Assembly (NCBI GenBank): GCA_964016885.1
Contig: OZ024746.1
Coordinates: forward strand, 35,092,001-35,156,000
DNA from: Eledone cirrhosa
Lineage: Eukaryota
Reading direction: 5' to 3'
DNA length: 64,000 nt
Part shown: piece after piece, positions 1 through 14,570 of the stretch
Position numbering within the stretch: position 1 is the stretch's first letter
How the letters are laid out: each line of letters opens with the position of its first letter
Notes under the pieces: generated by a model
Seen by the model: only the letters and a program-made list of their open reading frames with translations
What the model was told of the DNA's origin: nothing
The model's database searches: none
Program-made: the position numbers and the translations under genes

Positions 1-164
1 CCATCCTCAGCATTCTCGTGTAGCACCCATCCACCATCTGAGTGAGTTTCTTGGTCAGTGTCCAAGTCTCAGACCCATACAGCAGCACAGACTCCACTAC
101 AGCAATGAAGAGGCGGATTTGCAGGTCTCTACGAAGGTCCGACTTCCACACCGATCTCAAGCTG
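1..164 (-). mobile_element. RTE-clade LINE fragment (post-RT region), inverted relative to 165-870
   Basis: Reverse complement translates ..[53 protein letters not shown], the typical post-RT segment of RTE elements; 122-164 is the reverse complement of 824-866. Confidence 0.8.
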
Positions 165-870
165 ATGCTGAGGAGGATATTATGGGGAGCTAGAACGAAG
201 TGCCTTCCTGCGGTCATGGTTTTCATTGACTTTAGGAATGCCTTTGATTCTGTGAACCGTTACTGCCTGATGGAGACCTTACAGGCTTATGGAATCCCCA
301 AGAAGATAGTGGACCTGATGTCACTGCTCTACACCAACACCAAAGCCCAAGTCATTACCCCTGATGGGATGACAGAGTTCTTTGAGATACTGGCTGGAGT
401 GCTCCAGGGAGATACATTGGCTCCCTACCTTTTTATCATCGTAGTGGACTATTGTATGCGCCTTGCACTGGAGAAACACCAGGACTCTGGCTTTACTGTA
501 GCACCGGCTCAGAGCAGGAGAGTTAGGGCGAAAAAGGTATCGGATGCTGAATTTGCCGACGACATAGTTTTGGTGACAAATACAGTGACGGAGGCAGAGG
601 ATTTGATGCGGGATGTTGAGACTGTGTCGATGAGTGTGGGGCTGAGAATGAATGAGACTAAAACAAAATATCTGGTATAGAATGTTGAGAAGCCAGGGGG
701 CATCTCTAATATAAGCGGGAAGCCGCTAGAATTGGTTGGGGGCTTCCTGTATTTGGGAGCAAAGATTGGGAATACGGAAGATGATGTGGTTGAGAGGAAG
801 AGCAAGGCCTTGGCGGCGTGCCACAGCTTGAGATCGGTGTGGAAGTCGGACCTTCGTAGAGACCTGAAAA
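165..870 (+). mobile_element. RTE-clade non-LTR retrotransposon reverse transcriptase fragment (pseudogene)
   Basis: ORF 42-680 has FIDFRNAFDSV, GVLQGDTLAPYLFIIVVD, FADD and GLRMNETKTK motifs; stop at 678-680; continues to 870 where a (TA)n tract interrupts it. Confidence 0.9.
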
Positions 871-948
<78 letters not shown>

Positions 949-951
949 TTC

Positions 952-1118
<167 letters not shown>

Positions 1119-1129
1119 TATATATATAA

Positions 1130-2401
1130 ATGGTTAAGAGTGAAACGAAATTTCATTTCTCTCTCTTACTAGGGCTGATGCCAGAATATAAGTATGTATA
1201 CGTACATACATATATGTATACAGACGTACAATAGTATGTATATATATACATACATGCACACATATGTATATGTACGTAGCGTTTACCGAACATTTATTAT
1301 AATGTTAGGTTTGTTTGTAAAAAAATACCCTGAATTACGCCGTACAGTGCTCAGAAACCATCGTCGTCCTTTTGTTCAACACTGACACAGGAACGATGTA
1401 CTAGTTTAAAGCTTATTAGCTATCGTCAGCATCATATACCTTCCTGTCAGATGATTGAACGTTTGAAAGTATATACATTCCTTATGCATATTAACGGCTG
1501 AGCAGCCTAATTTGCATATCGAGTGATTTAGTCAGCCGGGCGTACCGAAAACGATGAATGGAAAAGAATGAAACGAAATTTCATTTCTCACTCATAGTAC
1601 GGCAGAAACCTAAATATAAGTATGTATACGTACATACATATATGTGTACAGTCGTACAGTAGTATGTATGCATACATGTACATGCACACATATATATATA
1701 TATATGTACGTAGGGGTTTACCGAACATTTATTATAATTTTCGGTTTGTTTGTAAACAAACACCCTGAATTACGCCGTACAGTGCTCGGTAACCATCCTC
1801 GCCCTTTTGTTCAACACTGACACAGGAACGATGTACTAGTTTCAAGCTTATTAGCTATCGTCAGCATCGTATACCTTCCTGTCAGATGATTGAACGTTTG
1901 AAAGTATATACTTTCCTTATGCATATTAACGGCTGAGCAGCCTAATTTGCATATCAAGTGAGATAGTCGGCCGAGCGTACCGAAAACGATAAATGGAAAA
2001 GAATGAAACGAAATTTCATTTCTCACACTTAGTACGGCAGTACTAAGAGTGAGAAATGAAATCACGCGATATGCAAATTAGGCTGCTCAGCCGTTAATAT
2101 GTATAAGGAAAGTATATACATTCAAACGTTCAATCATCTGACAGGAAGGTATACGATGCTGACGATAGCTAATAAGCTTGAAACTAGTACATCGTTCCTG
2201 TATCAGTGTTGAACAAAAGGGCGACGATGGTTTCCGAGCACTGTACGGCGTAATTCGGGCTGTTTGTTTACAAACACACCGAGCATTATAATAAATGTTC
2301 GGTAAATCCATTCGTACATATATATGTGTGTGCATGTATGAATTTATATATACATACAACTGGACGTCTGTACACATATATGTATGTGCGTATACATACT
2401 T

Positions 2402-2406
<5 letters not shown>
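1130..2406. mobile_element. HHR-bearing ~430-bp repeat: two direct units, a partial third, then an inverted unit (retrozyme / PLE pLTR-like)
   Basis: tgaaacgaaatttcatttctc recurs at 1141, 1569 and 2004; fold-back at ~2013-2063; inverted copy ~2068-2406; (TA)n on both flanks. Confidence 0.8.
2153..2195 (+). ncRNA. Minimal type I hammerhead ribozyme
   Basis: acgatg-CTGACGA-tagctaataagctt-GAAA-ctag-TA-catcgt: perfect 6-bp helix I, agct/agct helix II, palindromic helix III. Minus-strand copies at 1828-1870 (intact) and 1393-1435 (GAAA mutated to TAAA). Confidence 0.88.
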
Positions 2407-2472
<66 letters not shown>

Positions 2473-2475
<3 letters not shown>

Positions 2476-2712
2476 TGGTGGAACACTGGAAGGTAATATC
2501 CGTAGTGGTAGATAACTCAGTCCAAGGAACGAGTTAGCTAGAAGTGGTTACGCAACAGTTAGTTCACCATACCGAGAACAATTGTTTCACATTCGCGGAT
2601 CTTCATCTCGTGATCTGTCCGGACACATCCCGATTGAAGATCCGCGAAGTTGAAACAACTGTTCATATATACAAGTTGAAACAATTATATATATACAAGT
2701 TGAAACAATTGT
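2473..2712. mobile_element. Small fold-back PLE terminal-repeat relic with decayed HHR cores
   Basis: gaacaattgtttcacattcgcggatcttca (~2576-2605) is inverted at ~2635-2665; homologous to 20535-20610. Confidence 0.6.
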
Positions 2713-2734
2713 ATATATATATATATATATATTG

Positions 2735-3259
<525 letters not shown>

Positions 3260-3305
3260 GAAAGGTATAGAAAATATTGTAGCAAGAAGCCAACAGTATT
3301 CTATA

Positions 3306-3341
<36 letters not shown>

Positions 3342-3370
3342 CATATATATAGATACATATACATATATAC

Positions 3371-3573
<203 letters not shown>

Positions 3574-3768
3574 TCCATGCGGTGTTTGTAACGGCTTAGT
3601 TATATCCTCGACTGACTTATTTACGTGCTCAGGCGGTATGTTGTTAGGTATATGACGAGGAATCCCATCACGGCATAAATATGGAAGTTGACCCAAATCA
3701 TTACAGTAGGCCAAAGTAATTTTCAATACGGACTTTCTTTACCACCCGCTCTGTGTGTGTATCTATAT

Positions 3769-3901
<133 letters not shown>

Positions 3902-4039
3902 TATATATATGTATATAGATACACACAGAGCGTGGGTGGTAAAAAAAGTCCCTATTGAAAATTACTAACATTTCACTGAATATTGTCTGATCGATCACAC
4001 GTATAGTATACGTGTCTTAAACTCTGAGTAACAGAGGAT

Positions 4040-4660
4040 TGACTCTCCATTCATCATCAACATCAGGTCGAGCTTGCTTAGCTTTCTACAACACGTTTCC
4101 TCCATCCATCTCTGTCTCTCATAACGTTTGCCAGTTCTTCCGCAGTGCATCCAGTATCGTCCTCAAGTTGCTTCGGACAACCAGCGTTTCTTGCTCCATG
4201 AGATAGACTCCATAACAATACATCGCCTGCTATTTCCTCCTTGCTGCGCCAACAGTGGCCAGCAAATCTGAGTCTCTGTCCACGTATTGACTTGCTGATA
4301 GGTGGTATATTGCCATAGAGATCCTTATTTGTTGGGTGTTCCCTCCAAGACACGTTTAAATCAGCACGGAGCACACGTGTATATGCCCCGTCTAGCTTTT
4401 TCTCCAGAGCCATAAACAAGCACAGATTCCACAGCAGTTCTGAAGAAATTCCTTTTCAGTTTGGCCGGCAGGTTTGATTTCCTTACTTTATCCATTGCAT
4501 TCAATACTCCCCAGGCTTTTCCCAGTCTGATGTTAACATCATGTTCTGTGGAGGCGATATAGCAACCCAGGTATGTGAAGTCGTCAACTTGCTTGATTAT
4601 ATCGCCGTTTAGACTTCGCATAACAACTGATATCTCCTACCAATATCTCCACTGGTTAAG
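4040..4660 (-). mobile_element. RTE-clade LINE 3' fragment
   Basis: ORFs 4361-4621 ([22 protein letters not shown]) and 4078-4419 (LDGAYTRVLR..RLRFAGHCWR..DRDGWRKRV), frameshifted. Confidence 0.85.
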
Positions 4661-4675
4661 CTATACATACATACA

Positions 4676-4721
<46 letters not shown>

Positions 4722-4818
4722 ATACCGAGACAGAGGGGGAGAACGTGAGAATATATATGTTTAGATAGATATGTAAATGTTTTGATGGGAATATAACTAC
4801 ACACACACACACACAAAC

Positions 4819-4898
<80 letters not shown>

Positions 4899-5564
4899 GT
4901 GTTTGTGTGTGCGGATGTGTATATGTTTATGTACACATGCATACGTGTATCAGCCTGAGTGCTTGCGACACTATATTCTGGCCAACATATTTCATTCTGC
5001 TTCATCTAATTTTCTTAAAAGCAAAGAATGCATTCAAGGAATTACTTTCTGTCATATGTAAGATATATAGAAAACATTTCTTTTTCTTCTTCTATAAAGT
5101 CATACTCTTCTTGGCGAAAATAGATGAGAATATTGGAATCTTTTAAAAAAACGAATCATTCTCCTAAAACTGTGTCTTCGTCTTGTTTTATTGTTCTTTT
5201 TATATTTATTTGCAGCTTTTGCATAGCAATTTGTTCCATAAGCAACCCCTCCCGAAATACTATTTGCAATGCAACTTTAACCTTTATAACTTATTTGTAG
5301 TATGACAAATGTATGTTTCGTCGTTCAGCTTCCATTTTCAATTGTACTTTCAGTTTCACTTAGGTTTATTGTTATTGAATAGATTTGTTGTAAACTCCTT
5401 GCCTATCTCCGACTCACTCTTTAATCGTTTTCTTTCTGTCTTTCTCGTTTGCTCTCTGTCGTTCTTCCTCTTTTCGATATTTAGTGAATATTCATAACTT
5501 TTCACTTTGTGATTCAATCTTTTTCTCTTCTATTTCCCGCTCTTTCCCTCACACATAAACACTT

Positions 5565-5690
<126 letters not shown>

Positions 5691-6169
5691 TATATATATA
5701 TTAATATCTTTACTTTATGTCATTCCTCCACTAACACCATCCAGCTATTTCTGTATCACTATTTTGAAGTGTTTCCCTTGTAATCATGTTCTTCTCTGCA
5801 TACATTTCTCTACATATGATTCGTGCATTCACATTTCTTAGTTATTATTCATAACTTTCAATAATCTCTATTTGAGTGTATATCTTTCTATTTCTGTCAA
5901 TTTTCTCACTATCTGTAAATTCTATTCCTCTTATAACTACATTATTATTCTATTTTACTCGTAATTGCGTACATCCACTCACAAACAACTACAAACGTAC
6001 ACATCTGAAAGGTTTTGTCATTTATGCATACTTCACACTCTGTTACATATGTGTGCCTGTTCGTGTGTTTGTATCTGCTAGTTTCAAAACCTGGAATGAA
6101 ACAAAGTATTTCAATCATAATATATTATACTCGAATAAACTTTAAATTGCATACTGCGAAATATTTGTA

Positions 6170-7160
6170 ACGATGTCAGGCCTCATCATCTCCGACATGC
6201 TATCTAAATCTTTGTAAAACCTGTAAAATGTGAAGGAACTACTTAGAGATATATTAAGTGGTTACTCTTACCAGATATTTTTTCGTTATATGGAAAGCAA
6301 ATCATATCTGCATTTGTAAAATCAATAGATGACGAAATTGATAAATCATATTGTCGTACTAGAGTATGGAGAAGATTTGCTGGCAAGAATAAAATATCCA
6401 TTTGCCAGAAAACGATATGCACATGCCTACAAAACCGTAGAATACGTAACGTATAGTAAATAAGATTGTTATCTCCGAAACGTTTGACTAAATTTATTCC
6501 TTACAGCAAAGTATTTTATTCAACTATGGAAACCTTTGTATAGACTAATCGATTGCCTAGTCATCAGAATGAAAATTTATATAAGATGTTTGACCCAATA
6601 TACCAAGGATACTAAGGGCTTTACTTTGTGTCCATAGATGGAAAGCTAAGAATCGGAAAGAACTTACAGATGATAATAGAAATAATGTTATTTACTTTCA
6701 CGTATATATGAGAAAAATCTTGGTAAATATTGTAATATGACTAAAGCAAGATAGATTCAGAGAAGCAAGATCATGCATAGACCATATATTCGTTATTTGC
6801 AACAACCTGAGAAAATCCACTTAAATGGAAGTCAGCTCTGCATCGAGACTGATTTTGGAAAATGTTTCAACACTGGCTTTTCTCACATTATGATGATCTT
6901 TAACCTATAGAAGCTATATATTTCTTCATTTTGTGTTCGCAGCTTGAAGACCGAAAAGAATATTATATAATATATTTCACATATTTATACCGAAAATAAC
7001 AGAGTTCATTGCAGATCAGCAAAATTTGGCATAGCAAATATTCAATATATAAATAACTGATATTTGAAGGTATTTTACAGTAAACAATACCGGGTAACGA
7101 AAGCATCTGACCCAATATACATTTTATTAATAAAATTAACTTCTTCTCATTAGTGAAATT
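6170..7160 (+). pseudogene. Possible heavily decayed Penelope-like RT
   Basis: Only faint ordered motif remnants: RSCIDHIFVIC (~6766-6800, cf. RYIDDIFVIW), an LAFL segment (~6873, cf. LPFLD) and KASD (~7100, cf. KPTD); many stops and frameshifts. Confidence 0.3.
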
Positions 7161-7224
7161 AACTCAATAGAAAATTACATGTTCTGAGAAACCAGTTATT
7201 CATATATCAATTATTTCTTTCCCT

Positions 7225-7278
<54 letters not shown>

Positions 7279-7285
<7 letters not shown>

Positions 7286-9890
7286 ATTTACATATATATA
7301 TATATATATATATGAAGTCATAGATATATATCTGTTTCGCAACTGGTCACGCTGTGGCTCAATGAGACATTAATAAATTAAATAATCAGAGCTATATATC
7401 ATAAAATATGTCTTTAGAATCACTAGATATAATATATCCCAATTCCTCTCCCAATTAGTATAATTAACCATATAAAAAATCAATTATACCAAGCTATAAG
7501 AATAAAGGCTCCTATGAAGAAATCTCCGACAAATAACCGAAAGCAGCCCCTTCACGGTGGTTACAATAGATTATTTATCTAACATTTCGACAGCATGTAA
7601 AATTCGAACAGATATACAGTCAACTAAACACAATTAGGTGTAAAATTGAACTTAGAAGAATTGCGTACATACCTAATTACCTCTACCATGGTTTCATCCG
7701 TATTTTAAGACATCCGATAACATGGAATGCCCAGAGCTTCGGAATCATCAGGACCGGGCTCAAAATAAGACATTTAATTTTCCAAAGTGATCGCGCCAGA
7801 AATACATTCAAAAAAGGGCTAAGAATCGTGACGTGGTAGCGGTCAAGTTAGAAAGGATGTGATTAGTTGCTTACGGCAGGTAGGCTTATTGCTAGAAAGC
7901 GCAGCCTAATACCGCCAAATTGTATCTCAACCTAACGGGAGATTATTACATATAAAGATTTACATATATATATATAAAGTTATAGATATATATGTGCTTT
8001 ACAACTGGTCACGTTTTGGCTCAATGAGAAACTAATAAATTAAATAATCAGAGCTATATATCATAAAATATGTCTTTAGAATCACTAGATATAATATATA
8101 CTAATTCCTCTCCCAATTAGTATAATTAACCATATAAAAAACCAATTAGACCAAGCTATAAGAATAAAGGCTCCTATGAAGAAAACTCCGACAAATAACC
8201 GAAAGCAGCCCCTTCGCGGTGGTTACAATAGATTATTTATCTAACATTTCGACAGCATGTAAAATTCGAACAGATATACAGTCAACTAAACACAATTAGG
8301 TGTAAAATTGAACTTAGAAGAATTGCGTACATACCTAATTACCTCTACCATGGTTTCATCCGTATTTTAAGACATCCGATAACATGGAATGCCCAGAGCT
8401 TCGGAATCATCAGGACCGGGCTCAAAATAAGACATTTAATTTTCCAAAGTGATCGCGCCAGAAATACATTCAAAAAAGGGCTAAGAATCGTGACGTGGTA
8501 GCGGTCAAGTTAGAAAGGATGTGATTAGTTGCTTACGGCAGGTAGGCTTATTGCTAGAAAGCGCAGCCTAATACCGTCAAATTGTATCTCAACCTAACGG
8601 GAGATTATTACATATAAAGATTTACATATATATATATAAAGTTATAGATATATATGTGCTTTGCAACTGGTCACGTTTTGGCTCAATGAGAAATTAATAA
8701 ATTAAATAATCAGAGCTATATATCATAAAATATGTCTTTAGAATCACTAGATATAATATATACTAATTCCTCTCCCAATTAGTATAATTAACCATATAAA
8801 AAATCAATTAGACCAAGCTATAAGAATAAAGGCTCCTATGAAGAAAACTCCGACAAATAACCGAAAGCAGCCACTTCGCGGTGGTTACAATAGATTATTT
8901 ATCTAACATTTCGACAACATGTAAAAATCGACCAGATATACAGTCAACTAAACACAATTAGGTGTAAAATTGAACTTAGAAGAATTGCGTACATACCTAA
9001 TTACCTCTACGATGGTTTCGTCCGTATTTTAAGACATCCGATATCATGGTATGCCCAGAACTTCGGAATCATCAGGAGCGAGCTCGAAATAAGACATTTA
9101 ATTTTCCAAAGTGATCGCGCAAAAATACATTAAAAAATGGCTAAGAATCGTGACGTGGCAGCGGTCAAGTTAGAAAGGATGTGATTAGTTGCTTACGGCG
9201 GGTAGGCCTATTGCTAGAAAGCGCAGCCTAATGATATATAGCTCTGATTATTTAATTTATTAATTTCTCATTGAGCCACAACGTGACCAGTTGCAAAGCA
9301 CACATATATCTATGACTTTATATATATATATATGTAAATTTTATATGTAATAATGTCCCGTTAGGTTGAGATACAATTTGTCAGTGTTAGACTGCGCTTT
9401 CTAGCAATAAGCCTACCCGCCGTAAGCAACTAATCACATCCTTTCTAACTTGACTGCTGCCACGTCACGATTCTTAGCCATTTTTGAATGTATGTTTGGC
9501 GCGATCACTTTGGAAAATTAAATGTCTTATTTTGAGCTCGCTCCTGATGATTCCGAAGCTCTGGGCATTCCATGTTATCGGATGTCTTAAAATACGGATG
9601 AAACCATGGTAGAGGTAATTAGGTATGTACGCAATTCTTCTAAGTTCAATTTTACACCTAATTGTGTCTAGTTGACTATATATCTGGTCGATTTTTACAT
9701 GCTGTCGAAATGTTAGATAAATAATCTATTGTAACCACCGTGAAGGGGCTGCTTTCGGTTATTTGTCGGAGATTTCTTCATAGGAGCCTTTATTCTTATA
9801 GCTTGGTCTAATTGATTTTTTATACTAATTGGGAGAGGAATTGGTATATATTATATCTAGTGATTCTAAAGACATATTTTATGATATATA
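7279..9890. mobile_element. ~661-bp repeat: three direct units plus one inverted, circularly permuted unit, in (TA)n
   Basis: Unit starts (tataaagatttacatata) at ~7279, 7951, 8613; inversion at ~9232; each unit has a decayed HHR-like core CTGATGA-ttcc-GAAG (plus strand ~9544-9558). Confidence 0.85.
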
Positions 9891-10042
9891 TATATATATA
9901 GTGAGTGTATTCTGTTATTATTTCTGGCAATAGTATTAAATAAATATGACCCTCCCCAAGTATAACAATATTTGTTTCGACACACGATTTCATATTAAAA
10001 ACCACGCAAAACAAATTCATTGCCGTCATATATATATATATA

Positions 10043-10114
<72 letters not shown>

Positions 10115-10444
10115 CATAGCAGGTTTTTTATGAGTCAAAATTGTACAGTGTAGTCGTTTGAAATGTACGTTTTTTAACTTTTCGTGGTTAACTTGTTAAA
10201 CCAGTTAGATTTTTTTTTATATTTAACTGAATTGATACGTCCTATATTTTAGCCCATAAGCATGTCGTTTATGAAATAGCTCTGAAACATATATTTTTGC
10301 TACTCTTATCGCGATCAGTTGTTGACAATTAGGCTGAAACAACTGTGGAGGTTTCTAAGCATCTAGAATTATATCGATCTACATTCCTATTATACACAAA
10401 TATACAATCAGACAGACAGTCACGCACACACACACACAGACACA

Positions 10445-10523
<79 letters not shown>

Positions 10524-10542
10524 TTATGTGTATATATACATG

Positions 10543-10575
<33 letters not shown>

Positions 10576-10861
10576 GGGAAGAGGAGTGTGTAGCAAAAAT
10601 ATGCATGAGAAGGCAAATGCAGAAGAGGGGCCGCTATAATTCAAGAGAACTAATTTATTATTAATCATACTCATTGCATTTATTGAACTGCCTTCGTTTT
10701 CTGATCATTGACATGGGGGCGAATGTAAATTAAATAGGGTGATTCAGAATGCATGTCCAAAATATAGGCATAATTCATCAGACGCAGAGAATGTCTTATT
10801 AACTCTCGCTTCAATCCGGGAAAGATGTGTTGATCTGCTTTCTAAGGGAGGCGACGCTTGT

Positions 10862-10978
10862 TTAACAATTGTTTCTACCTTTGGCACAGGACCAACAATT
10901 ATCACAATGCATTTCTGGTGTTTTATTTTATCGATCCAGTTGAAGGCACAGATCACCTCGGCGGGATGAGGTTTAAAC
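10862..10978 (-). mobile_element. Degenerate tRNA-derived SINE 3' half
   Basis: Similar to the reverse complement of 13610-13722 (aattgtttctac..ggcaca..ttttattttatcga..acctcggcgggat). Confidence 0.65.
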
Positions 10979-11503
10979 GGACGCTGTACATGTTTGTGTT
11001 TTTTCGTGGTTCATAATTTAAATCAATTGATAATAAGTTGTGTGTTTCTGAGAAACGTGACTTGCAAAAGTGTTCATATACTGGAATTATGGCTGATGTA
11101 ACAGTTCTGTTTGGGCTGACTGTATGTGTGAAGTTGGCTGAAAATGTATGTGCGGATTTGATTGTTTGGGGTGAGGACGTATGACATATAAATGTTCCTT
11201 TTGTTTCATTACATTATCAGTGAATATCTTGTATATACTTGCCTTTGATTATGATGGTGTGGTTAATGTTAATTCTGGTGTTGTCATGTTCTTGTTGTTG
11301 CTGCGGGTTTCTTATTACTACTCTTTTGTTACTGCTGTTGTTGCTGTTGCTGATGATAATAATGTTATTGATAGGTGATGCTATGTAATGCTATTTGTGC
11401 TCTGAGCAATGTTCTGCCTTTTATTTACTGCTATTGCAATTCAATAAATTACTGATGTTACATGTTCCTAAACATATAGACATAACCACACACACACACA
11501 CAT

Positions 11504-11536
<33 letters not shown>

Positions 11537-11537
11537 A

Positions 11538-11574
<37 letters not shown>

Positions 11575-11593
11575 CATATAAATATATATATAT

Positions 11594-11734
<141 letters not shown>

Positions 11735-12789
11735 GATATATATATATATATTCATATGTACACGTACACACACACACACACATATACATATATATATGTA
11801 TATTCATATATATATGTATATACATATGTATATATATACACACATATATTATATACACGTACATGTATATACATGTACAGATATACACACACACACATAT
11901 ATATATATATACATATACATATAATCACGTTAGCGTGATTGTTTTTGTATTACTTTGTGCGTATGTGTATGTTATTAGTGAGTGTGCATGTGTGAGACTC
12001 TTGTTTTGGTGTTAGTTTATTCAATCATCTAATAATATTGTCATACATGGGAACATCTCTGCTATAGCTGTGAGGATACCAGAGCGATGTCAATTAATGA
12101 AAATGTTATGAACTGGAGTATATGTAATGACTTGCGTTTCGTATTCATGTTATAAAATTCATACTATCTTTTTATTTTTTAGTTTGCTTGTAGTCGTTTT
12201 TTTTTCATATCGTTATTTTACTTTATTTCAATCCTTTTTCTCAAACGTTTAAACGCTGTTTTACATGGATCCCTTTTTGTGAAGAACGGAGGACAGCTCC
12301 TAAAATTGGTATCGCTCTATAATATATTCAGCTTTGAATACCAGTTGTATTCAGACCACCCATAGTTACCATAAATCATTGTCCTCCTACATAGATGTAT
12401 GTACACACACACACACACACTTACACACACGCACTCACACACACATACACACATACACACACACAGATACGTACATACATAATACATACATATATATGTG
12501 TGTGTATAGAGGGATACAGAGAGAGAGAGAGAGAGAGAGTGAGAGGGAGACGAGAGAGAGAGGGATAATTATTGTCACTGGTATAGTGTAAATCTCAATG
12601 AACGATAGCTAAAATTATCGACGAGAAAGTTTTATATACATATATGCAATAACTTTTACAATTTAGCGAGAGTAAATTCAAAGTACAGTAGCCTAAAATA
12701 AACACGATTCACCATGAATTTCGCTATTACGGTTAATACCAAAGATATTTGTTTGTTTTTTCACAGGGCTTCTTTGAAAGTATAAATTG

Positions 12790-13033
12790 ATATTTACCTG
12801 TTATTAAATGGAATTCGTCTACTGTATTCGGAATATGTATCTAGTCCGTACCTGTCAGACAGATACAACTGCCTGGTCAAGGTCTTGAGGCTTTTCAAAC
12901 CCCTACTTCTACCAGCTACTCCCACACAGTCCCAGCCTGCGTCTACGATTCCAGTTACAGATCCACGCTTACTGTAAAAGTAGGGACCTTCCGTGTAAGA
13001 CTTCATTAAAAAATCCTATCGTCCTGTGCCCGC
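12790..13033 (-). mobile_element. Tx1/L1-clade LINE endonuclease fragment
   Basis: GIVDAGWDCVGVAGR..LSDRYGLD matches ORF 56023-56598 (GILDARWDCVGLADR..LSDRYRLD); abuts (GTA)n. Confidence 0.7.
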
Positions 13034-13034
13034 C

Positions 13035-13083
<49 letters not shown>

Positions 13084-13084
13084 C

Positions 13085-13114
<30 letters not shown>
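13034..13114. repeat. (GTA)n microsatellite
   Basis: Direct inspection. Confidence 0.95.
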
Positions 13115-13115
<1 letters not shown>

Positions 13116-13540
13116 CCAATGATAATAATTGTCTTTGAATATATAGAAAAATGCTGAGAATTAGAGATATCACTTAAAAATTGCTATGAACGTTTCCCTA
13201 TCATCCCATTTGCAACTGGCACAATCAAAATAAAATATAAGGAATGGTTTTCCTAAAGATATTATTTATATGCTATTTGCAAGATAATTTCGCAGCTATG
13301 TGATGCACCATTTTGTGATACCTTTGAATAGACATTTTCTCTATAAAAATATATAATGGTTAATTCCAGAGATATTGCATTTGCTTGGTTTTCTTATTTT
13401 ATTGTTTACTATAACAGACCAGAGAGGAAATTTCTTGCATTTATTTATTCGATAGTTTTAGAATTCTAATAAACGTTTCCTTTTAGTTTTATGCATCATT
13501 GGAAATCTGTCTGTCAATACTTATCTGATATCGTTACTAC

Positions 13541-13723
13541 GGTGGATTGGCAGTATCGGTAGAGGGTCGGAAGTCATGCTTCCCAGCATAGTTATGTCCC
13601 TTTGCGGTCTGGGTTTAAATCCCGTCGAGGTTAACTTTGCCTTTCATCCTTACGGGGTCGATAAAATAAAGTACAAGTAATGCACTGGGTAATTGCTGGC
13701 CTTGTGCCAAATATAGAAACAAT

Positions 13724-13796
<73 letters not shown>
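13541..13796 (+). mobile_element. tRNA-derived SINE, near full length, with (ACT)n tail
   Basis: A-box-like tggcagtatcggtag, B-box-like ggtttaaatccc, body gaggttaactttgcctttcatcct..ggtcgataaaataaagtac shared with copies at 21188, 51620, 55329. Confidence 0.85.
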
Positions 13797-13889
13797 GTGA
13801 AGATTAGCAAATCCACTGCAGAAGGATGTCAGGTAAATTCGCGTCTAAACAGACTGGGATCGTATTCCAAACGAGATAATCATTAAAAA

Positions 13890-14570
13890 TTAAAACCAAT
13901 AAATTATCCTTTCATGAACCAATGAAGGCATCTCTCAAGTGAATAAGTCAACACATAGCAAAAATATTAAATATCAAATCTGACCATCTTAGAGTCAATA
14001 AAATCAAACAGGGAGATCAATATCACCAGGTTAATCGAAATAATACACGTACACACAATATAGACAAGTCAGTGAATTCCCCACTTTGTAGGTTGTGTTG
14101 TGAGAAATATGAAACTATAAACCACTTTCTTAGTGAATGTTAGATGCTTGCACAGAAAGAGTAGATGTGAAGGTAAGACAACCAACATTGCCAGATTGAT
14201 TCATAGGAAGCTCTGTCATGAGAATAACATGATCAGAAGTGAGAAATGGTATGAGCACCAATCGGAATGGATTGCTGAAAATTAACAATATAAGATTATG
14301 TTGGATATGACCATCGAGTGAGAATATTTCATCGTGACTAGAAAGCTTGATGTTGTTGTCATAGAAAAGAAGAATAACAAGACAAGTATTGTGAATATTT
14401 CTTCATCGTGGAACCACAGCATGAATGAGAAGGAAAGTAAGAATGTTGAGAAATACCATGAACTGAAGAGGGAAATCAGCAACCTGTGGAGAATCAGACA
14501 GGGAGAAGTGGTATCGCTTGTAGTAGGCACACTAGGAGCAGTTAGTAAAAGGGTCGCTGAATGGCTATAA
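13890..14570 (+). mobile_element. R4/Dong-like LINE C-terminal (CCHC zinc finger + RLE endonuclease) fragment
   Basis: CRLCCEKYETINH..EC (~14087-14140), LDVVVIEKKNNK, EKYHELKREISNLW, VVGTLGAV; followed by a TAA-rich tract. Confidence 0.7.

Noticed and set aside
13541-13630. tRNA gene
   Set aside because: A/B-box-like motifs only, no cloverleaf; it is the head of a multi-copy SINE.
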